From an uncultured Alphaproteobacteria bacterium (GTDB lineage Bacteria > Pseudomonadota > Alphaproteobacteria > UBA7985 > CAJQQZ01): DNA of 35,897 nucleotides. A program made the translations under genes and the position numbers. Position 1 is the stretch's first letter, and each line of letters opens with the position of its first letter. Positions 29,856-35,897 of this stretch are shown here, piece by piece. The notes beneath the pieces were generated by a model, which worked only from the letters and a program-made list of their open reading frames with translations, had not been told where the DNA came from and did no database searches. Where the stretch lies: assembly GCA_905480445.1 (NCBI GenBank), contig CAJQQJ010000413.1:1-35897 (forward strand), read 5' to 3'.

Positions 29856-30821
29856 TTACATCCAACCTTGTTCTTTGTAGTACTTCACAGCACCATCATG
29901 GAGAGGTGCAGAAAGTGAGTCAGAAATCATCTGAGCAGGATCTAGGTTCGCAAAAGCTGGGTGCAGCTTTTTAAACTGGTCAAAGTTGTCGAAAACCGCT
30001 TTCACGATAATATAAACAACTTCTTCCGGAACGTCTGAGCTGGAAACAAAAGTAGCACCAACACCAAACGTGTTAATGTCTTCTGCGTTGTTGTACATGC
30101 CCGCAGGAATAGAAGCAGTACGATAATAAGGGTTGTCAGCAATCAGTTTATCAATGGCTGGTCCCTCAACATTAACAAGGTGCGCATCACAAGTAGCCAA
30201 AGACTCTTGCGTCAGAGCCGATGGGTGACCAACGAGCCAGAAATAGGCATCGATCTTACCGTCACAAACAGCTTGGCCTGTTTCAGCAGATTTCATCTCA
30301 GCGGCAAGTTTAAGATCTGAACGCTCCCAACCGAGAGCCTCTTCGATCACATCCCATGTGCCACGTGTGCCAGAACCAGGATTACCGATGTTCAGGCGTT
30401 TGCCTTTAGCATCCGTCAAAGTGTTAATGCCTGAGCTATCGCTGGCAATCACTGTTACAGGCTCTGGGTGGACTGAGAACACAGCGCGAAGCTTGTCAAA
30501 AGCACCAGCGTCGGCAAATTTTGACGTGCCGTTATACGCATGGTGTTGCCAATCTGATTGAGCTACACCGAACTCTAGCTCACCAGCGCGAATAGTGTTG
30601 ATGTTGTAGATTGAACCGCCCGTGGATTCAGCGGAGCAACGAATGCCATGCTCTTTACGGTTCTTGTTGACGAGACGGCAAATCGCACCACCAGTTGGGT
30701 AGTAAACGCCTGTTACGCCGCCTGTACCAATCGATACAAATTGCTGCTGAGCAACGGCCGGTGCCTGAACGCTAAGCGCTAAGCCAGCGACAGCGGACAA
30801 GCCAAATAAATATTTTTTCAT
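29856..30821 (-). CDS. TAXI family TRAP solute-binding protein
   Basis: Signal peptide; [45 protein letters not shown]. Confidence 0.95.
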   Translation of the reverse strand: MKKYLFGLSAVAGLALSVQAPAVAQQQFVSIGTGGVTGVYYPTGGAICRLVNKNRKEHGIRCSAESTGGSIYNINTIRAGELEFGVAQSDWQHHAYNGTSKFADAGAFDKLRAVFSVHPEPVTVIASDSSGINTLTDAKGKRLNIGNPGSGTRGTWDVIEEALGWERSDLKLAAEMKSAETGQAVCDGKIDAYFWLVGHPSALTQESLATCDAHLVNVEGPAIDKLIADNPYYRTASIPAGMYNNAEDINTFGVGATFVSSSDVPEEVVYIIVKAVFDNFDQFKKLHPAFANLDPAQMISDSLSAPLHDGAVKYYKEQGWM

Positions 30822-31019
30822 GAGTTACTTCCTGAAGTTCTCTTGTTGATACAATGAACAGAAAGTACGAAGGAAACGGTCTTCACTGACCAGCGAGATC
30901 GTTGAATTGTTCTTCTTATTATTGCCCCATACCTCCCTGCCGGAAGGGTACGCCGACGAAGCTGGAAGAGTCAAGTTGCCGCAGGGAATCGTATGAAAAA
31001 AAGAAAATTTTAGAGAATT

Positions 31020-31964
31020 TTAAGCACCAGACAAACACTTCACAAAAGATTGAGCCATGGAACGCATCAGTTGGCTGTAAAGAGCAGTCCCCTGTTCTAG
31101 ATTGAAACCTAATGGATCCAGCAGCCCGGTGTGGGCATCAGTCGCTTCGATCAAAACTTCAGTAGATTTAGAAGAGAACTGAGGTTCACTAAACACGCAA
31201 GCAACGGAATGTTGATCCATCATCTTTTTCAATTCTCGCAATCTCTTGGCACTAGGTTTCAGTTCGGGATTCAAGCTAACCACACCAACAGCCTGAAGGT
31301 CATAAGCTTTTTCAAAGTTCACGTAGGCATCGTGGAAAACCAAAAATGAGCTTTGTTTAAAGGGAGCGAGCACGGCTCGGAGCTCTTCATCAAGCCCCTT
31401 CATTTCAATCCCAAAGTCCACTGCATTCTGCTGATACTTCGCTGCGTTGGTGTGGTCTAATTCACTTAATTTCTGTGCCAAATGAACAGCGATTTTCATG
31501 GCGTTTTCAGTGTCCAACCAAAGATGTGGATTAAAGGCTCCATGATCATGGTTATCGTGCTCCTCATGATCATGATGTTCTTCCTCACCCTCTTCTTCAT
31601 GCCATAAGAAGTCTTCATCATCCCTTATTGGCCAAAGCCTTAATCCCGGTATGATGTCCAGTTGAACAACGACGGCCCAATTGGGAATTGCGGTCAAAGC
31701 CTTATCCAAAAAGGCCTCTAAGCCTGGCCCCACCCAAACGATGAAATCGGCTGATTGAAGCGATTTAGCTTGAGATGGTTTGAGGTTACTATCGTGAGGT
31801 GACGATTGGGTGAGAAGAAGACTAGGCTCTGCAACCCCAGTCATCACTTTGCTCAAAATTGAGTGGATAGGCTTGATCGACGCTACCGCTTTTGGCGCCG
31901 CTTGCGCTTCAACCAAAAAGAACAAAGAAAAAAGGAAGCAAACAAAAGTCGATTGGGTTTTCAT
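31020..31964 (-). CDS. znuA: Zinc ABC transporter substrate-binding protein
   Basis: ASIKPIHS, SPHD, His/Glu-rich loop, NPHLWLD, VFHDAY, CVFSEPQF, LDPLG; ATG 31964 preferred over TTG 31979. Confidence 0.95.
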   Translation of the reverse strand: MKTQSTFVCFLFSLFFLVEAQAAPKAVASIKPIHSILSKVMTGVAEPSLLLTQSSPHDSNLKPSQAKSLQSADFIVWVGPGLEAFLDKALTAIPNWAVVVQLDIIPGLRLWPIRDDEDFLWHEEEGEEEHHDHEEHDNHDHGAFNPHLWLDTENAMKIAVHLAQKLSELDHTNAAKYQQNAVDFGIEMKGLDEELRAVLAPFKQSSFLVFHDAYVNFEKAYDLQAVGVVSLNPELKPSAKRLRELKKMMDQHSVACVFSEPQFSSKSTEVLIEATDAHTGLLDPLGFNLEQGTALYSQLMRSMAQSFVKCLSGA

Positions 31965-32001
31965 CTTAAGCCTTAGCAATTCAAATGTTTAAGAAAATGT
32001 T

Positions 32002-32018
32002 ATGTTATATTATTACAT
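32002..32018. promoter_or_regulatory. Zur box in divergent znuA/znuC promoter
   Basis: ATGTTATA-T-TATTACAT near-perfect palindrome matching the proteobacterial TGTTATA-N-TATAACA consensus. Confidence 0.88.
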
Positions 32019-32074
32019 TTCGTGCTAGTTAGAGTAAACTTCAGGCAATGACAAGATGAAAAGAGATCACCACC

Positions 32075-32857
32075 ATGTCCTTAGTTGAGTTGAAAACGGC
32101 CGGTCTCTACCGCGACCAACGTTGGCTTGTTCGCAACATCGATCTGACTGTCGCAGCTGGTGAAATAGTCACACTTATTGGGCCCAACGGGTCAGGCAAA
32201 TCGACAACAGTCAAACTGGCGCTCGGCATTCATCAACCCAGCGAAGGAACGGCGCTACAAAAGCCTGGCCTGAGAGTGGGTTACGTACCCCAAAAAATTG
32301 CTGTCGATTGGACCTTGCCGCTCACTGTTCAACGACTTTTGAGTTTGACGACTAAACTCAGTGTTAATGAAACTGAGGAAGCCCTTGAAAAAGTTGGCAT
32401 CCCTCATTTGGCCAAGGCAAATATCCAAACCCTCTCAGGTGGCGAATTTCAAAGGGCCTTAATGGCAAGAGCCATCGCTAGAAAACCTGACCTTTTGGTT
32501 TTAGATGAGCCAGTACAAGGTGTCGACTTCGCAGGCGAAATTGCCCTTTATGAATTGATCAGCCAACTGAGAGACAGCCTTCAATGTGGCGTGCTGCTCA
32601 TTTCTCACGATCTGCACATGGTCATGGCTTCAACCGATAAGGTACTCTGCCTCAACGGTCATCTCTGTTGCCAAGGAACACCCAAAGCCGTGTCAGAGAA
32701 TGACGAGTACAGACGGCTGTTTGGTGGTAGAGCCGCCGACGCAATGGCCGTTTACAAGCATCACCATGACCACACTCATTTGCCCGATGGTCGTGTTCAA
32801 CATGCCGACGGAACGGTCACGGATAACTGTCACCATGAGGATGGCCATCATGTTTGA
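32075..32857 (+). CDS. znuC: Zinc ABC transporter ATP-binding protein
   Basis: GPNGSGKST, LSGGEFQR, LDEPVQGVD, SHDLHMV; His-rich C-tail. Confidence 0.95.
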   Translation: MSLVELKTAGLYRDQRWLVRNIDLTVAAGEIVTLIGPNGSGKSTTVKLALGIHQPSEGTALQKPGLRVGYVPQKIAVDWTLPLTVQRLLSLTTKLSVNETEEALEKVGIPHLAKANIQTLSGGEFQRALMARAIARKPDLLVLDEPVQGVDFAGEIALYELISQLRDSLQCGVLLISHDLHMVMASTDKVLCLNGHLCCQGTPKAVSENDEYRRLFGGRAADAMAVYKHHHDHTHLPDGRVQHADGTVTDNCHHEDGHHV

Positions 32858-33656
32858 TGATTTTTTTACAAGGGCTTTGCTGGTAGGCATCGGCGTAGCT
32901 GCTATCGCAGGACCGCTGGGTTGTTTTATCATTTGGCGGAGAATGGCTTTTTTCGGAGACACGCTTGCTCACTCGGCTCTGCTAGGTGCAGTCGTTGCTG
33001 TTCTGGCTGAGATCAACCTGACCCTCGGGGTCTTTTTGGTTTCAGCTATGATCGCCGTTGCTTTGTACTTTTTACAGAAGAAACCTTCCCTTTCGTCGGA
33101 TGCCTTGTTGGGCCTCTTATCTCACTCTTCCTTGGCGATTGGACTGACAGCATTGGCTTTTATGACTTGGATAAAAGTTGATCTTCTGGGCTTTTTGTTC
33201 GGCGATATCCTCTCCGTCACAAAAATCGATATCGTGATCGTTTATGCAAGCGCCCTTGCCATACTGGCGCTTCTGCTGCTCATCTGGCGTCCCTTACTTG
33301 CGGCAACAGTCAACCCTGATTTGGCCCAAGCCGAGGGAATGAACCCAGGAAGAGCTAACCTCATCTTCATGCTACTGATGGCAGCGGTCATCGCGATCTC
33401 AATGAAGATTGTGGGTGTTTTGTTGATCACTGCATTGTTGGTTATTCCAGCTGCTACTGCGAGGCGATTTGCTGCTAGCCCCGAAATGATGGCAGTCATT
33501 GCCGCCGTCATCGGAGTTCTCTCCGTTGTCACTGGCCTGCAGGCCTCGCTCAATTGGGACAGTCCTTCAGGGGCTTCAATTGTGGTGGCAGCCTTCGTTT
33601 TCTTTCTAATCTCTCTGCTACCATGGCGTCGTTTCAAAGGGAGCCTTAACAAATGA
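32850..33656 (+). CDS. znuB: Zinc ABC transporter permease
   Basis: Start re-called at ATG 32850 (MFDDFFTRALL), GPLGCFIIWRRMAFFGDTLAHS, FLFGDIL, KIVGVLLITALLVIPAATAR. Confidence 0.95.
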   Translation: MFDDFFTRALLVGIGVAAIAGPLGCFIIWRRMAFFGDTLAHSALLGAVVAVLAEINLTLGVFLVSAMIAVALYFLQKKPSLSSDALLGLLSHSSLAIGLTALAFMTWIKVDLLGFLFGDILSVTKIDIVIVYASALAILALLLLIWRPLLAATVNPDLAQAEGMNPGRANLIFMLLMAAVIAISMKIVGVLLITALLVIPAATARRFAASPEMMAVIAAVIGVLSVVTGLQASLNWDSPSGASIVVAAFVFFLISLLPWRRFKGSLNK

Positions 33657-34051
33657 GCGAGAAACTAACTAGTAACCAAGAACTTGTTTACAACTGCTTA
33701 GAAACTGCTCAATCACCACTCACAGCTTACGCAATTCTTGATCTTTTGCGTGTCAAAGGACTGAAAGCACCTTTGCAAGTCTACCGCGCCTTGGACAAGT
33801 TACAAACCCTTGGGCTGGTCCACCGTCTTGAAAGCCTGAATGCTTTCGTGACATGCAGTCATCCGCACCCCCATGGCCCAGAAACACTGGCCTTTGCCAT
33901 TTGTGACGACTGTGACCAGGTAACAGAGTTTTCAAGCAGCGAAATTTTGAATGGTCTTTCCGCCTGGGGCAACAGCCAAAAATTCAGCCCACGCAAAACC
34001 ACCATTGAAATCTCTGGCCTCTGTGACACCTGTACTCAGAAACCAGACTAG
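33653..34051 (+). CDS. zur: Zinc uptake regulator (Fur family)
   Basis: AYAILD, APLQVYRALDKL, HRLESLNAF, CxxC pairs; downstream of znuB. Confidence 0.92.
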   Translation: MSEKLTSNQELVYNCLETAQSPLTAYAILDLLRVKGLKAPLQVYRALDKLQTLGLVHRLESLNAFVTCSHPHPHGPETLAFAICDDCDQVTEFSSSEILNGLSAWGNSQKFSPRKTTIEISGLCDTCTQKPD

Positions 34052-34060
34052 AGCGACGAC

Positions 34061-35182
34061 CTAGATCGTCACAACGATATTGCCGACATGTTTCTTTTCA
34101 AGAAAAGCTTCCTGAGCTTTCCCGAGATCCTGTAACGGAAATGATTCAGCCAAAAGTGGTTTCAACAGACCTTGCTCAATCAGTCCAACGATCCGCTTCA
34201 TGGTGCCCGGAGGAACAATAGTAGCACCGGTAAGCTGCAAGTCTTTGTAGATCAGTTGACGCAGATCGAAGTCGACCATGGGCCCAGCTATAGAACCCGA
34301 AGTGGAATAGCGACCACCTTGTCGAAGAGCATTAATCAAAGGCATAAAGCCAGCCCCACCAACGACATCTAAAGCGACATCTACAGGGCCTCGTGCTGCC
34401 TCGCGGATAGCTTCTTCCAAATTGGGCTCATTGCGATCAATAACAACATCTGCACCCAATGCTTTCAGGTGCTCAGCTTTTGAGGTCGCCGCTATGCCAA
34501 TCACGCGCGCACCGCGCAGTCTGGAAAGTTGAATAGCTCCCGATCCAACACCGCCGGAAGCGCCAGCCATCACGACGGTTTCACCGGGCTGAAGATTGGT
34601 TCTTGCAACAAGGTTTTCCGCTGTTGTGTAAGCACAAGGAAATGTAGCTAGTTCCGCGTCTGTTAAATCACTTTCCAACTTAATGGCATTCTCTGTCCGA
34701 ACTTTTGTATACTCCGCAAAACCACCATCACACTCTGAGCCGAAGTAGAGCGAGCGGGTTGTATCCATCCAGTCGCCGACACCCAGTAGCCAGGGATCAA
34801 TCATGACACGTTCGCCTAGGCGGCCGTCGCCAACGCCCTCTCCCACGGCCACAATTACGCCAGCGACATCTGCACCCTGAATCCGAGGAAAAGTAATTTT
34901 TGAGCTTCCCCAGCTGCCATCTGCATCGTCGGCTTCTTGGAAACCACCTTTACCGCCATCGTCGGTGATGCCATCGCTGACAGCTTTGGAATACCAGGCT
35001 GTTCGAGTGTTAATATCAGTGTTGTTCAGACCACAAGCACTAACACGGACGACCACCTCACCTGGGCCCGCTTGTGGGGTTGGCCAGTCTTCGCAGTAAT
35101 CCAACTTATCAAGGCCACCGTGTCCTGTGAGAACAACAGCGCGCATTGTATCAGGTAACATCGTATCAGATAACCTCGCCAT
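34061..35182 (-). CDS. Medium-chain dehydrogenase/reductase, quinone-oxidoreductase-like
   Basis: MRAVVLTGHGG, ACGLNNTD, PRIQGADVAG, GASGGVG, KHVGNIV; lacks the GHE and four-Cys motifs of Zn-ADHs. Confidence 0.9.
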   Translation of the reverse strand: MARLSDTMLPDTMRAVVLTGHGGLDKLDYCEDWPTPQAGPGEVVVRVSACGLNNTDINTRTAWYSKAVSDGITDDGGKGGFQEADDADGSWGSSKITFPRIQGADVAGVIVAVGEGVGDGRLGERVMIDPWLLGVGDWMDTTRSLYFGSECDGGFAEYTKVRTENAIKLESDLTDAELATFPCAYTTAENLVARTNLQPGETVVMAGASGGVGSGAIQLSRLRGARVIGIAATSKAEHLKALGADVVIDRNEPNLEEAIREAARGPVDVALDVVGGAGFMPLINALRQGGRYSTSGSIAGPMVDFDLRQLIYKDLQLTGATIVPPGTMKRIVGLIEQGLLKPLLAESFPLQDLGKAQEAFLEKKHVGNIVVTI

Positions 35183-35205
35183 GACTGATCACCTTAAGAG
35201 ATTTG

Positions 35206-35817
35206 TTAAACATGCACCCGGTGGCGCACGTCACCTTCGCCATAAGGCATAGATTGAAACTTGTCAGTAGAGAAAACATGCTTCCATACCTTGGATGCGG
35301 TTAGCCGTTCGAGTGCTGCTGGATACTCCGGTTCTTGTTTCTCATCATCACGCAGAGAGAATATCAACATACCGCCTGATTTCGTCACACGAACCAATTC
35401 ATCAAGAGAATGGGGCGGCGCATGGCGCGGCGTAATACAACCGGAACACAAAGTGGCGGCAAAGGTGTCTGTCTCGAAACCAAGCGTCTCGCCCATCGTC
35501 ATCCGATGAAGCTCTGAATAGAAGCCTTTGCTGCGAGCAACCTCAAGCATGCCCTCAGACAAGTCCATGCCCACAATCGGTTTATAATCCAACAAGGCCA
35601 GCGCTTCTGACTGTATCCCTCCTCCGCAACCGGCATCCAAAATCGGGGCTGTACCCAAAGGAACGAAATGGGTGAAGACTGTCGAAATCACCTGGGGAAT
35701 TCGATTGCCATCACGACAAAGGTCCGCCTCATAGTCACTCGCCCACTGGTCGTAAGCCTCTTGTTGTTCTTCTGCAGACTTTGCTTGGTAGCTCTTAGCT
35801 ACAGCCGGATTAGCCAC
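35206..35817 (-). CDS. Class I SAM-dependent methyltransferase
   Basis: YDQWASDYE, ILDAGCGGG motif I, GMDLSEGML, ELVRVTKSGG; GTG start after AAGGAG. Confidence 0.9.
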   Translation of the reverse strand: MANPAVAKSYQAKSAEEQQEAYDQWASDYEADLCRDGNRIPQVISTVFTHFVPLGTAPILDAGCGGGIQSEALALLDYKPIVGMDLSEGMLEVARSKGFYSELHRMTMGETLGFETDTFAATLCSGCITPRHAPPHSLDELVRVTKSGGMLIFSLRDDEKQEPEYPAALERLTASKVWKHVFSTDKFQSMPYGEGDVRHRVHV

Positions 35818-35855
35818 GTTTAATCTCCTTAAAACACAGAGTTATCTCGAGAGAA

Positions 35856-35894
35856 GTCGAGGGATCTCGTTTGGTAAGAAATAGATCCCTCGAC
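35856..35894. repeat. 12-bp perfect inverted repeat, probable terminator/stem-loop of an upstream minus-strand gene outside the window
   Basis: GTCGAGGGATCT (35856-35867) and AGATCCCTCGAC (35883-35894); minus-strand tail TTCTCTC. Confidence 0.65.
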
Positions 35895-35897
35895 GTC

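Noticed and set aside
31540..31620. Low-complexity CAT/TCTTC repeats
   Set aside because: Encode the known His/Glu-rich loop of ZnuA, not a DNA repeat element
6247..35897. Genomic island integrated at tRNA-Ser
   Set aside because: No integrase or transposase, no obvious compositional shift, no convincing att duplication; the 10-bp match CCTCACCGCC near 7742 lies inside the nitroreductase CDS and is compatible with chance
1..35897. CRISPR array, riboswitch or defence system
   Set aside because: No spaced direct repeats, no recognisable riboswitch consensus in the short intergenic regions, no defence-gene motifs; an Rfam scan would be needed to exclude weak RNA motifs

Overview
Chromosomal window (~50% GC) from an alphaproteobacterium. 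The taxon is inferred from protein sequence style, the rplT-pheS-pheT-lepA order and the znuA/znuC-znuB-zur layout. It opens with core translation genes (3' end of rplT, pheS, pheT, lepA) and tRNA-Ser(GGA). About 23 kb of densely packed metabolic and regulatory genes follow: Crp/Fnr, nitroreductase, esterase, DauA-like dehydrogenase, epoxide-hydrolase-like enzyme, LysR, cupin, sthA, acetylpolyamine amidohydrolase, class III cyclase, HAD, amidase, S9 peptidase. These include a co-oriented minus-strand cluster of TAXI-TRAP transporter, FAD amine/amino-acid oxidoreductase, StcD/DgcA-like flavoenzyme and a flavin-reductase/LysR-effector-domain fusion lacking any HTH. The window ends with a Zur-boxed znuA/znuCB-zur locus, an MDR oxidoreductase and a methyltransferase. 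No mobile element, integrase or CRISPR array was seen. Best leads: (1) the HTH-less flavin reductase-LysR fusion and its putative N-methyl-compound catabolic operon; (2) a single in-frame TAG splitting the operon's FAD oxidoreductase; (3) a LepA with P-loop GKST->GNST and other substitutions at normally invariant sites. Leads 2 and 3, plus a probable premature TAA in the methyltransferase, may be base-call errors and need read-level checking.
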